Assembly: GCA_965140445.1 (NCBI GenBank)
Contig: OZ223236.1
Coordinates: 1,056,001 to 1,120,000 of the forward strand
Length of the DNA: 64,000 nt
DNA from: Candidatus Ozemobacteraceae bacterium
Lineage (GTDB): Bacteria > Muiribacteriota > Ozemobacteria > Ozemobacterales > Ozemobacteraceae
Reading direction: 5' to 3'
Part shown: in pieces, positions 46,043 through 55,507 of the stretch
Numbering within the stretch: the stretch's first letter is position 1
Layout: the number at the start of each line of letters is the position of its first letter
Notes under the pieces: model-generated
Told to the model about the DNA's origin: nothing
Databases searched by the model: none
What the model saw: the letters and a program-made list of their open reading frames with translations, nothing else
Translations under genes and position numbers: made by a program

Positions 46043-47854
46043 ATGAAAGAAATTCAAAAACTTATCAGGCAGAAAGAGCTGACCGGGATAGCCGAGTATT
46101 TAAGCATTTTTAGAAAGGTGCAAAAAGAGCTTGTTAAAAAGGATTTTGAGAAGGAGCCCCGCATAAAAATAGCACTTCTGTTTAGCTCTACTATCAAGGG
46201 TTTCAAGGAAACTTTGACCGTAAAATGCTTATTAAACGGAATTCTGCCAGAGATATACCAGTGTGATTATGGTCAGCATTCGCAGGAAATTCTGAATTTA
46301 GATAGTGAATTGTATAAGTTTAACGCCGATTTAATAATTGTTGGGATTGATCTAATTTCTTTTTTGGGGGAGCGATATTTCTTACCCTACGCTTCTACTA
46401 CAGAACAACGGCGAAAGGATTATGACAGCGATTTAAGCCACTTAAAGGACCTTATTAATACTATTAAGGAGCGTTCTTCTGCCAAAATTATTTTCCATGA
46501 TTTCATGGTTCCAGAGCATTCGCCCCTCGGTATCATGGAAAACAAGCAGGAATTTGGTTTTATTGAATCAATCCAAACCTTCAATGCATCTTTGAAGTCT
46601 TTTTATAAGTTAGATTCACAGGTCTTTATATTTGAATTTGATGCTTTTGCAGCCAGTGTTGGTAAAAGCAGATTCATTGACGCGAAAATGTATTATCTTG
46701 GCGATATAAAAATGGATATGAACCATATTCCGCCTCTTTGTGAACAATATATCGGCTATATAAAACCAATGTGTGCATTATCTAGAAAATGTATTGTTCT
46801 GGATCTTGATAATACCTTATGGGGAGGCATTGTTGGGGAAGATGGTGTCGAGGGTATTCAGCTAGGGCCAACTAATGAGGGCCGGCCTTACTGGGAGTTT
46901 CAGAAATATCTTCTTTCTCTTTTTAACAGAGGGGTTATATTAGCTGTAAATAGCAAAAACAACGAAAATGATGCGCTAAAAGCAATTCGTGAGCACCCTT
47001 ACATGGTTCTACGTGAAGAGCACTTTGCTTCAATGAAAATTAATTGGGTGGACAAAATCTCAAACATGAAGGCTATTGCAGAAGAAATTAATATTGGCTT
47101 AAATAGTTTGGTTTTTTTTGATGACGATCAGCAAAATAGAAGCATGATAAATAGCGCTCTTCCTGATGTACTAGTTGTAGATTTACCTGTTGATGCTTCT
47201 TTGTATCCGGAGATTCTTGCTTCAATGAATGATTTTAACTCTCTTCAACTGACCGCTGAGGATTTGCAAAAGGGCAAAATTTATGCCCAGCAGAGAGGTC
47301 GAAATCAGGTTAAAAAGGCCGCTACAAACATAGTAGAGTATCTGGAAAATTTAGAGATGAAAGTAACTATTTACGAAGCTAACTCACTAAATATTCCCAG
47401 GATTTCTCAACTTACGATGAAAACAAACCAGTTTAATTTAACTACAAAACGATTTAAGGAAGAAGAGATCAAATCTCTTGTGGATTCTCCGGATTTTATC
47501 GTTTTCTGTTTTAAGGTGGAAGACAGATTTGGAGACAATGGTATTGCGGGAGTGGTTATTTTAAAAAAGCTACAGGATTGCTTGAGCATAGAAGCTTTTC
47601 TATTAAGTTGCCGAATTATTGGGCGCAATGTAGAAAAAACAATGTTGAAGCATATCATCGATCTCGCTGGTGAGAATGGATTTTCTAAGGTTTGCGGTAA
47701 ATTCATTCCTACATCGAAAAATGCTCCAGCAAAAGATTTTTTTAGCCAAAATGGTTTTAAAAAGATAGGCGAAGATAATGATGTTGAAGTTTGGGAATTC
47801 GATACTAGAAAGTCTTTTAGCTTTCCTGAATATATAAAAGTAATTAAGGGTTAA
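46043..47854 (+). CDS. FkbH-family HAD-IIIC glyceryl-ACP synthase with a C-terminal GNAT-like domain
   Basis: 'KCIVLDLDNTLWGGIVGEDG', 'SKNN', 'FFDD', 'RISQLTMKTNQFNLT', 'DRFGDNG', 'LLSCRIIGR.VE'. Confidence 0.92.
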   Translation: MKEIQKLIRQKELTGIAEYLSIFRKVQKELVKKDFEKEPRIKIALLFSSTIKGFKETLTVKCLLNGILPEIYQCDYGQHSQEILNLDSELYKFNADLIIVGIDLISFLGERYFLPYASTTEQRRKDYDSDLSHLKDLINTIKERSSAKIIFHDFMVPEHSPLGIMENKQEFGFIESIQTFNASLKSFYKLDSQVFIFEFDAFAASVGKSRFIDAKMYYLGDIKMDMNHIPPLCEQYIGYIKPMCALSRKCIVLDLDNTLWGGIVGEDGVEGIQLGPTNEGRPYWEFQKYLLSLFNRGVILAVNSKNNENDALKAIREHPYMVLREEHFASMKINWVDKISNMKAIAEEINIGLNSLVFFDDDQQNRSMINSALPDVLVVDLPVDASLYPEILASMNDFNSLQLTAEDLQKGKIYAQQRGRNQVKKAATNIVEYLENLEMKVTIYEANSLNIPRISQLTMKTNQFNLTTKRFKEEEIKSLVDSPDFIVFCFKVEDRFGDNGIAGVVILKKLQDCLSIEAFLLSCRIIGRNVEKTMLKHIIDLAGENGFSKVCGKFIPTSKNAPAKDFFSQNGFKKIGEDNDVEVWEFDTRKSFSFPEYIKVIKG

Positions 47855-47857
47855 TTT

Positions 47858-48091
47858 ATGGAAAAATTACATAAAATTTTATCTGGGATACTTGATCTGG
47901 AGCTTGAAGAAATCAAACCAGGTCTGGAAAGAGAAGTTACGGAAGAATGGGACTCATTTAACCATCTTTTGATTATTCACGAATTGGAAAAAGAACTGGG
48001 GATAAAATTTGCTATCGACGAAGTTGAGAAAATTAAGACGCTCGAAGACCTGGAAAAAATAGTGTCGGAAAAACTGGCAAAAAATGGGTAA
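47858..48091 (+). CDS. Acyl carrier protein
   Basis: 77 aa, acidic, with a WDS(F) phosphopantetheine site. Confidence 0.9.
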   Translation: MEKLHKILSGILDLELEEIKPGLEREVTEEWDSFNHLLIIHELEKELGIKFAIDEVEKIKTLEDLEKIVSEKLAKNG

Positions 48092-48548
48092 ATCCAGTTT
48101 TAGAAACAAACCTCTGCAGTTTAAAGAGATTCAAGTCGGGGATGTAGTTAGCTTTGACCTGATAGTTGATGAAGCTATGCATTCAAAGTTCGCAGAATTA
48201 TCAGGCGATTTTAGTCCTGTGCATTCAAGTGATGCTTTTTGTTCAGAAACCAAATTTAAGAAAAGGATAGGTTACGCTTTTTTATTGACCTCACTCCTTT
48301 CAAGGCTATACGGCGAATATCTCCCGGGTGGAAGTTCTGTTTGTATTAAACAGGAAGCAAGATTCATCAAACCCTACTACATTGGCGATAAAATAACCGT
48401 AATAGCAGAAGTCTCTGATAAAACTGAAGCCACCGGCTTTGTTGAGATTAAAACTAAAATGTTGAGTAACGACTCTGAGTGCGTATTTAAAGGGCTGGGG
48501 CTAGTACAAGTTTCTTTTGGTAAGGAGTTGTTTCATGGCGCTGTTTGA
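48084..48548 (+). CDS. MaoC-family (hot-dog) dehydratase
   Basis: 'FAELSGDFSPVH', 'LPG', 'FIKPYYIGDKI'. Confidence 0.88.
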   Translation: MGKSSFRNKPLQFKEIQVGDVVSFDLIVDEAMHSKFAELSGDFSPVHSSDAFCSETKFKKRIGYAFLLTSLLSRLYGEYLPGGSSVCIKQEARFIKPYYIGDKITVIAEVSDKTEATGFVEIKTKMLSNDSECVFKGLGLVQVSFGKELFHGAV

Positions 48549-49320
48549 GTTTGAAGGTAATGAAATATCACAAAATGATTTTATAGAAGCAATAAAGAAA
48601 GTGGGAATTGAGGCCGGAGATCATATTTTTGTTCATTCGGACATAACTGTGTTTGGCAGTCTAATTACAACAGATAGAAAGTATTTATTAAATTCTCTTG
48701 TAGATTCTTTAAAGCAAGTAGTTGGAGAAGACGGGACTGTTATAATGCCCTGTTTCACTTATAGCTTTAGACGAAATCAGGTTTTTGACAAAGAAAAAAC
48801 CAAATCTACTGTTGGAGTGTTGACTGAGTTTTTTAGAAAAAGTCCTGGTGTAGAAAGAACTGGGCATCCTCTTTTTTCTTGCGCAGTATACGGAAAGAAC
48901 AAGGAATTCTTTCTAAACGTAGGCAAAGATTCCTTTGGATCAGACTCTATCTTTGGAAGAATGCAAGAGAAAGGTGGCAAAATTCTTTTTCTTGGCGCTC
49001 CATTTCAGCGTTGCACACATATACATTATGTTGAGCAATTTTATGGAATTCCATACCGATACATGGAGACTTTCAAAGGAGAGACTCTATTAGATGGAAA
49101 AATCGTTGAAGATACAGCTTCTCAATATGTTCGAGACGTGAACAAAAATGTGGTTTTGCTTGTAGATAAGCTTGAAGACTATTTGTTAAAAAATGGTTTC
49201 TTAAAGAAAGTTTCATTGGGGAATTCTAATATTCAAAGCATCTCAACTGAGGATTTACTTAAAGAAGGCTGCAGGCTGCTAGACCAAGATATTTACTATT
49301 TCCTGAAGGAGAAACCCTAA
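48535..49320 (+). CDS. AAC(3)-family N-acyltransferase
   Basis: 'GDHIFVHSD', 'GTVIMPCFTYS', 'GVLTEFFRK', 'RTGHPLFS', 'THIHYVE'. Confidence 0.88.
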   Translation: MALFEFEGNEISQNDFIEAIKKVGIEAGDHIFVHSDITVFGSLITTDRKYLLNSLVDSLKQVVGEDGTVIMPCFTYSFRRNQVFDKEKTKSTVGVLTEFFRKSPGVERTGHPLFSCAVYGKNKEFFLNVGKDSFGSDSIFGRMQEKGGKILFLGAPFQRCTHIHYVEQFYGIPYRYMETFKGETLLDGKIVEDTASQYVRDVNKNVVLLVDKLEDYLLKNGFLKKVSLGNSNIQSISTEDLLKEGCRLLDQDIYYFLKEKP

Positions 49321-50465
49321 TGAGCGAAAAATGTTGTCCGTATTGCAAGAGCACCAATACTTTTGTTTACTATAAATCTGATATGCCAAAGATTCTGTCT
49401 GCGTGCCCTGCAGATATGCTTGAACATGCAGAAAGCGCAAAGTTTGAAACTATGCTTTGTCATGATTGCTTACTGGGTTTTAATTCTGCCCGGCTAAGTG
49501 GTGACGATTTGAATTTTATCTATGATAATTACCTCTATATCTCACCTATGCGTGGTATTGGAACTAGTAAATATGAAGGAATGATAGGAACACTTAAAAA
49601 GTTTTGTGCCAAAGATGATTCTGTTGTTGAGATAGGATGCTCTGAAGGCTACTTACTCAGCAAACTTAGAGAGGCAGGATACAAAAAACTTATTGGAATT
49701 GAACCTGGACCGCAGGCAGATGAAGCTGCTGAACTGGGATTAGAAATCAAAAAAGAATATTTTGATGAAAACACATTTGCGGGAAATGCAATAGATTGCT
49801 TTTATCTTATGCATGTTTTTGAGCATTTTGACGATCCATTTGCCATTTTACAGTCTATGAAGACTCAGCTCTCAGCAAAAGGAAAAATAGTTATAGAGGT
49901 TCCTGATTTTTGTGGATTTCACCATCAACACCTGTTCTTTTACAATTCGTTGTTTTTCAGGCGGCTTGCTGATGATAAAGGATTAAAAATAGTTGATAAA
50001 ACCATAGCGTTGGATGCTTTACGCGTGGTAATGGTTCATAAAGATAACAGTGAATACAATGAAATTGATTACCACGAAAGCGCTGAATTGATATTAAAAA
50101 CAGCGCCTCAGCAATATAATGCTCTCTTGAGAAGCGTTGAAAAATTAAATTCTCTGCTTTCCGAGTATCAGGGGAAAAAGGTTTATTGGTGGGGAGCTGG
50201 TTCAGCTTCAGTAATTTACTTAAATCAAGTTTCATCTGAATTACTAAAAAAAGTAGAATTTGTGGTTGTTGATGGGGATTCAAAAAAGTTTGGTTTTTGT
50301 ATTCCAGGAGTAGGGCTTAAAATAGAGTCTTTTGAGACCCTTAAAGAAAAGAAGATAGATTGCCTTGTTATCGCTTCGTCTTTTGCGACTGAAATTAAGT
50401 CTACTATTGCAAAAAACAATACTCAGGCAGGAAAGATCATTTTGCTTCAAGATTTATTAGAGTAA
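49320..50465 (+). CDS. Class I SAM methyltransferase (Zn-binding N-terminus, C-methyltransferase-like C-terminus)
   Basis: CPYC...CHDC; 'VVEIGCSEG'; 'HVFEH'; 'WGAG'. Confidence 0.85.
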   Translation: MSEKCCPYCKSTNTFVYYKSDMPKILSACPADMLEHAESAKFETMLCHDCLLGFNSARLSGDDLNFIYDNYLYISPMRGIGTSKYEGMIGTLKKFCAKDDSVVEIGCSEGYLLSKLREAGYKKLIGIEPGPQADEAAELGLEIKKEYFDENTFAGNAIDCFYLMHVFEHFDDPFAILQSMKTQLSAKGKIVIEVPDFCGFHHQHLFFYNSLFFRRLADDKGLKIVDKTIALDALRVVMVHKDNSEYNEIDYHESAELILKTAPQQYNALLRSVEKLNSLLSEYQGKKVYWWGAGSASVIYLNQVSSELLKKVEFVVVDGDSKKFGFCIPGVGLKIESFETLKEKKIDCLVIASSFATEIKSTIAKNNTQAGKIILLQDLLE

Positions 50466-50499
50466 AATAAAATTGAAAGCAAAAAATGGGAGGATCAAT

Positions 50500-50832
50500 A
50501 TGGCTTTTGAAGAACTAAAATGTGTTCCATGTCAGATCGGAGCAAAGCCGATAGAGAAGAAAGAGGCGCTGAAATTATTGGAATCAATTCCAGATTGGGA
50601 GCTTGATGAAGAAGGTAAATCTATTTTTAGAAGATTTAAGTTCAAAAACTTTGCAGATGCTATTGAATTTGCAAATGGAGTAGGTGGATTGGCTGAAGAA
50701 GCTGGGCATCACCCCGTTATCGTCATGGGGTGGGGCTTTTGCCGCGTAAAATGGAAAACATCTAAAATCGATGGATTACATCAAAATGATTTTATTATGG
50801 CAGAGCGAACTGACAATTTTTATACCGCATAA
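50500..50832 (+). CDS. phhB: Pterin-4-alpha-carbinolamine dehydratase
   Basis: 'KCVPC', 'FKFKNF', 'AEEAGHHP', 'GLHQNDFIMA'. Confidence 0.9.
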   Translation: MAFEELKCVPCQIGAKPIEKKEALKLLESIPDWELDEEGKSIFRRFKFKNFADAIEFANGVGGLAEEAGHHPVIVMGWGFCRVKWKTSKIDGLHQNDFIMAERTDNFYTA

Positions 50833-50864
50833 AAAAATCCCCAGCGAATCGCTGGGGATTTTTT
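50832..50864. terminator. Bidirectional terminator
   Basis: AAAAAATCCCCAGCGA-A-TCGCTGGGGATTTTTT between convergent genes. Confidence 0.85.
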
Positions 50865-50892
50865 CTTATTAAAAGATGTTAGTCGTTAGCTA

Positions 50893-51924
50893 CTATTTTT
50901 TGCATTCACAGTTCTTTTTGGCTTCTCCGCAGGTTCTGCAAAAACCATATTCTGGATTGTAATTTTTGCTTTTTCTAACTGTTTTAGCTTTGCAGCATGC
51001 TTTGCTTGAGCTGCATTTTTTCATTACTTTTTTGCAGATGCAGTTTTTGTAATCATTTCCACAAAGTTTGCAGGATTTCATTGCTTCTTTTTTGCATTCA
51101 CAATTCTTTTTAACTTCTCCACATTTTCTGCAAAAACCATATTTTGGATTGTAATTTCTGCTTCTTTTAAAAGCTTTGTCTTTGCAGCAAGCTTTTTTGT
51201 CAGCACATTTGCCATCATTACATTTATGAGCTTTGTCTTTGCAGCAAGCTTTTTTGTCAGAGCATTTGCCATCTTTGCATTTATGAGCTTTGTCTTTACA
51301 GCAAGCTTTTTTGTCAGAGCATTTGCCATCTTTGCATTTATGAGCTTTGTTTTTGCAGCAGGCTTTTTTGTCAGAGCATTTGCCATCTTTGCAATTATGC
51401 ACTTCTTTTTTACATTCGCAATTCTTTTTAACTTCTCCACATTTTCTGCAGAAACCATATTTTGGGTTGTAATTTCTGCTTCTTTTTACAGCTTTATTTT
51501 TGCAGCAAGCCTTTTTGTCAGCACATTTGCTGCTTTTACATTTATGAGCTTTCTTTTCGCTCTTACAGCAAGATTTTTTGGCTTTAGTCTTTGAACAAGA
51601 CATTTTGTCGCCACATTTTGCAGTTTTACACCCTGGTAAACCAACTGCAGGCGTTACATCTGTTGAATTAGCTACGCTTTTCAGGTATGCATCCCAGTCA
51701 TATTGATATGCGGTAAAGTTTTGTCTTAGTTCTGCAAGTTTAGCTTTGTCTTCAGCTGTTGGCATTTCTTTGGAAACAAGCTTTAGCATGTTTTCGCGCA
51801 TGATTTGCATTCTTGTTACGTGGTCAAGCCATGCATCATTGTCGATAGATTGGACATCTGAAGCAAAAGATGCAGTACAAATAAGAAGACAAAGTCCGAG
51901 AACTGTAAGGATATACTTTTTCAT
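50893..51924 (-). CDS. Secreted Cys/Lys-rich repeat protein (metallothionein-like)
   Basis: Signal peptide ending ASFA; AGGAGG SD; repeats of CKDGKCSDKKACCKDKAHK and NYNP.YGFCR.CGE.KKNCECKK. Confidence 0.85.
   Translation of the reverse strand: MKKYILTVLGLCLLICTASFASDVQSIDNDAWLDHVTRMQIMRENMLKLVSKEMPTAEDKAKLAELRQNFTAYQYDWDAYLKSVANSTDVTPAVGLPGCKTAKCGDKMSCSKTKAKKSCCKSEKKAHKCKSSKCADKKACCKNKAVKRSRNYNPKYGFCRKCGEVKKNCECKKEVHNCKDGKCSDKKACCKNKAHKCKDGKCSDKKACCKDKAHKCKDGKCSDKKACCKDKAHKCNDGKCADKKACCKDKAFKRSRNYNPKYGFCRKCGEVKKNCECKKEAMKSCKLCGNDYKNCICKKVMKKCSSSKACCKAKTVRKSKNYNPEYGFCRTCGEAKKNCECKK
51184..51400. repeat. 57-bp coding tandem repeat (about 4 copies, one more at 51502)
   Basis: Units start at 51184, 51241, 51298 and 51355. 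Confidence 0.9.
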
Positions 51925-52018
51925 TAAGGCCTCCTGAAATTTTTTCTAATTTTAATTTAAATTAAATGATACGCCAGACGGGTATAAAAAACATAGTTTT
52001 TGTGAGTAATATTAAAAA

Positions 52019-52810
52019 TTACTTTTTTTCGCCTTTTCTAAAACTGGTAAAGTTCATTGATCTTCTGTCTATTCTAATTTCACTCAAGTTGAGCTTGAAG
52101 GGAAATTTTTCAAGATCCATTACCGGGTTTATTTTTTTCACAATCATTCCAACAAAAGATCGTGGCATAGCCATGTGATTAATTTTCATTCTTTTTGCAT
52201 GGAACCAGATTTCCTTCGAATCCTTTACCGAAAATCCTCCGGTTGCCCAAAACCTAACTTTAACCATTCCATATTTTGCTGAGCCAGATAACTCTATTTT
52301 TCCGGGGTACATTCTAACCATTGGATTGTTAACTTTTATTGATTTGCTTTTCGCTTTTAAAAAGCTATTTAGATCGCTTTCTTTGACCACCACATCCATG
52401 TTGATATTGCTCATTGAGACCGGGTCTATTTTTTCCTCTAAGAGAAGCTTTTTAGTATCCAGTTGCACATCGTCAAATGTAATGTCAGCCTTGTCAAGGA
52501 TTACCTGATCTATATTTCCCCTGGAAGTATGAACCTTTACCGATTTAAATTTTCCCAGCGCAGTATTTTCATCGTCATAAGGAGTTAAAATTATAGATAA
52601 GCTGGCAGGGTTGTTAAGTAGCTTGAGCATCGATTTCTCAAGTTTCTCATGTATAATCTCAGGGTTTGAAGCTATTTGAGCAGTAATCAAAGGATCTGCT
52701 GTGTATGAAGCATTTTCTCCATTCACAGATCCCGGAAAAAACATGAAGGCAAAAGCAAAAATAAATATGAGAATATATGAAGTGGAAATAACAGCTGATT
52801 TCTTTTCCAT
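52019..52810 (-). CDS. DUF2993/LmeA-like exported protein
   Basis: N-terminal hydrophobic segment; 'V.ESDLNSFL'; 'INPVMDLEKFPF.L.L'. Confidence 0.6.
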   Translation of the reverse strand: MEKKSAVISTSYILIFIFAFAFMFFPGSVNGENASYTADPLITAQIASNPEIIHEKLEKSMLKLLNNPASLSIILTPYDDENTALGKFKSVKVHTSRGNIDQVILDKADITFDDVQLDTKKLLLEEKIDPVSMSNINMDVVVKESDLNSFLKAKSKSIKVNNPMVRMYPGKIELSGSAKYGMVKVRFWATGGFSVKDSKEIWFHAKRMKINHMAMPRSFVGMIVKKINPVMDLEKFPFKLNLSEIRIDRRSMNFTSFRKGEKK

Positions 52811-52858
52811 GGTTGTACTCAACTTTGTGTGTTTATGTAAGCGTACATTGTAATAATA

Positions 52859-54325
52859 TTAGTTGTCCAGCATTTCGGACGATATTTTTAATTTAGGTAA
52901 TTTACTTGCCCAGACATCCCACAGCATAATTCCTTCGTTTCTAGTTTGATTGAGGTTTTTGAAAAAATCTTTGAAAATGTGATCCTCAAGTATCTTTGAC
53001 GAGACCGCGATTGTGTAATAAGAATTCGCACCAATTGGTTGCCCAGATACTAAAATTTCAGAAATATCTCCTGCAAAATAGTTAAAATTACATCGGCCAA
53101 ACTCTAAGCCGGGAACCCCTGAATTTACCACAAGGTTTTTTACCAATTTTTTTAGTTCAAAACCGGAAAGCCTGAATTTCAAAATGAAATAATTTTCAAA
53201 GGTTCCAAAAAAGTTTCCTGGTTTAATTAAATTTGAACCACGAAACTCATCGTTTGGGTGCGGAACTATTGATAGATCGCTTCTGGAATAGTCTGCTACA
53301 AAATTTGCATGTGTTTTTGGGGAAAATCTGTTGGGCGATGTTGTTGCAGCAATGTTAGTTGGAATCATAGTGAGAACATTGTTTAATTGATGAAAAAGAT
53401 GGTCATATTCTTTTTCAAATAGTTTCAATGCATCTCCGGTTTCAGCTTTTTTAAGTGGCAAAATTCTTAAAGTGGCCCTCGGATATCCATAATTTCTTCT
53501 ATATATGTTTAAAACCGGAAGAAAATGACATCCATCTGGGAGCTTAAACAAATAGGTATTAGATTCGGTTTGAATATTGTGGTCTGGTGTTGTTTCATCT
53601 ACTTTTTGATTGATTTGCCCAATGAAGAAGTAACCTTTTAATTTAAAAAGCTCAAGTTTTAGATCATGGAGATCTTTGTCGTTTAAATGCGCTAAGATTA
53701 GATTTATGCTGTTTTCTTTAGTTCTTAAACCAATTCTTCGAAGCGTTTCGCATGGGTTTTCTACTTCTAGGTTTCCCCACAGTTGAATTGGAAAAGCACT
53801 TAAGAAATCTTTGCTTATAAAAGATAAGCAATTGATTGTTAAGCCATTCTTCACAATTTTTTGTGAAATTGGAAACAGGTTATGTCCTTTTATGGGTCTG
53901 AGATTGGTCCAATTCCTGAGTCGAATATTCTGGGATAAAAGTTTATTTCTGAAAATTCCAAGATCCTTTGGACCTAAAGCTTGAAAGTCTGGTTTGCAGA
54001 GCTTGGAAAGTTGCCAGTCAATTTCTCCGCTATTTATAAAGCTAAATGCCGAAAAGATGTCCGCATCGTTTCCCATTCCTGCAATAAATGTTGTTGGTTC
54101 GTCATGCTTTTTTAAATCTCCAATTAGTGAAGGTGCTTTCCAGCAATCGGCTGGGAGAGGTCTCAAAGATTCATTCCAATAAACGGTTTGGCCGGAAAAA
54201 TTTCCAGAAAAAATAATCTGAATGGGATTCAGAGGCTTGCTATAAGCTATTCCAATTCCTAAGAAAACAAAGGCAAGAAATACGGTTTTTAGTTTTCTTA
54301 TTGTTTTTTTGGAAAACAAAGGCAT
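52859..54325 (-). CDS. Exported 5'-nucleotidase-like protein, probably catalytically degenerate
   Basis: C-terminal 'FENY....LSGFELKKLV...I.V.GQPI....YYTIAVS' resembles the 5'-nucleotidase C-domain; N-terminal metal motifs are altered. Confidence 0.5.
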   Translation of the reverse strand: MPLFSKKTIRKLKTVFLAFVFLGIGIAYSKPLNPIQIIFSGNFSGQTVYWNESLRPLPADCWKAPSLIGDLKKHDEPTTFIAGMGNDADIFSAFSFINSGEIDWQLSKLCKPDFQALGPKDLGIFRNKLLSQNIRLRNWTNLRPIKGHNLFPISQKIVKNGLTINCLSFISKDFLSAFPIQLWGNLEVENPCETLRRIGLRTKENSINLILAHLNDKDLHDLKLELFKLKGYFFIGQINQKVDETTPDHNIQTESNTYLFKLPDGCHFLPVLNIYRRNYGYPRATLRILPLKKAETGDALKLFEKEYDHLFHQLNNVLTMIPTNIAATTSPNRFSPKTHANFVADYSRSDLSIVPHPNDEFRGSNLIKPGNFFGTFENYFILKFRLSGFELKKLVKNLVVNSGVPGLEFGRCNFNYFAGDISEILVSGQPIGANSYYTIAVSSKILEDHIFKDFFKNLNQTRNEGIMLWDVWASKLPKLKISSEMLDN

Positions 54326-55407
54326 TATTCATTAATCCGCGAGATAAGTTTAAACCCACCAAAAGCAAAAATGATGTTTTGAGCCCAGGCTGAAAGCATG
54401 GCTGGTAAAAAGCCACTCTTGCCCAGTGCTGTAAAAACGCTCATTAAAACATAATAGAAAAATATTATAAGCATTGATACGCCAAAGCCTATAAACGCGC
54501 CACTTCTGTTGTTGGTCAAGCCAAATGAGGCGCCAATTATAGCAAAAAAGAAACTTGCGAATGGTAGAGAGGTTTTCATTGCCAACTCCACTCTAAAGGC
54601 TGTTGTGTCCATGAAACTTGTTCTCTCGTAAGTTTCAATGCGGCTTTTTAATTCTTTATAACTCATTTCATTTGGTCTTTTGCTCTGGCGGGCAAAATCT
54701 GAAGGAGTTTCTTTTATCCCGTTTATTCCCATTTCAGCAATTGGAGTTGGAGTTGCGTTTGCACCATTTGTATACCATTGGTCTACAACCTCTTTTAAGT
54801 TCCACCTGATGCCGTCCCAATGAGCCGATCCAGCAGAAATTCTTCTCTCCAGGACGCCTTCTTCAGTGTAATATTCAAGAAGAACTTTTTCCATTAAAGC
54901 TCTTTTCTCATAGACTTTTCGAGCGTAAGCGAAAGCTCCATCTGAGGTTCTCATGATAGAGTTTTCTGTTGCTGGTGGCTCAACTAATTTCATTATTTCA
55001 GTTCGTTTGATTTCTCTTGCCCGCTGATTTGATGCTGGAACTACTTTTTCGTTAAACACAAAGCTGATTCCTGTGATCATTAGAGCAAAAGCCATGACGG
55101 GGACAAGAATTCTAAAAAAGTTTATTCCGCCGGCTTTTAGCGCAGTGGTTTCTGAATCTTTAGACATTCGCCCGAAAACCATTAGCGTAGTTAGAAGAAC
55201 AGACATTGGAAAAGTAAAAACCATATCCTGAGGCAATCGATTTAAAAACCAACGCACGATAATCATTGGGCTGACATTATCATTAACGATTTTCTGCAAT
55301 GCGTCCATTAGAGGGTCGATTGCAATAATTGTAACAAAAAGGAAGAACCCGAAAAGAAAGGGCCCGATAAGCTGTTTGAATATGTATTTGTCGAGAATTC
55401 TAATCAT
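54325..55407 (-). CDS. LptF/LptG family LPS export permease
   Basis: 'ILDKYIFKQ', 'PMSVLL...GRMSKDSETTALKAGG', 'LSAW'. Confidence 0.92.
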   Translation of the reverse strand: MIRILDKYIFKQLIGPFLFGFFLFVTIIAIDPLMDALQKIVNDNVSPMIIVRWFLNRLPQDMVFTFPMSVLLTTLMVFGRMSKDSETTALKAGGINFFRILVPVMAFALMITGISFVFNEKVVPASNQRAREIKRTEIMKLVEPPATENSIMRTSDGAFAYARKVYEKRALMEKVLLEYYTEEGVLERRISAGSAHWDGIRWNLKEVVDQWYTNGANATPTPIAEMGINGIKETPSDFARQSKRPNEMSYKELKSRIETYERTSFMDTTAFRVELAMKTSLPFASFFFAIIGASFGLTNNRSGAFIGFGVSMLIIFFYYVLMSVFTALGKSGFLPAMLSAWAQNIIFAFGGFKLISRINE

Positions 55408-55507
55408 GTTTATTTTAAAAATCTGTTACTTTGAATTTATTTTACCAGATGGTATTATGAACATCTCTTGAATATATTTCAACTTATTATGTGGAAAGGG
55501 CCTTGAA

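Noticed and set aside
48535..49320. Aminoglycoside resistance gene
   Set aside because: It is embedded in an overlapping FkbH-ACP-MaoC operon with no mobile-element context, so a biosynthetic acyltransferase role is more likely.
51078..51594. Alternative repeat ORFs 51078..51458 (-) and 51226..51594 (+)
   Set aside because: These are shadow frames of the 57-bp repeat in the Cys-rich gene, which has the SD and signal peptide.
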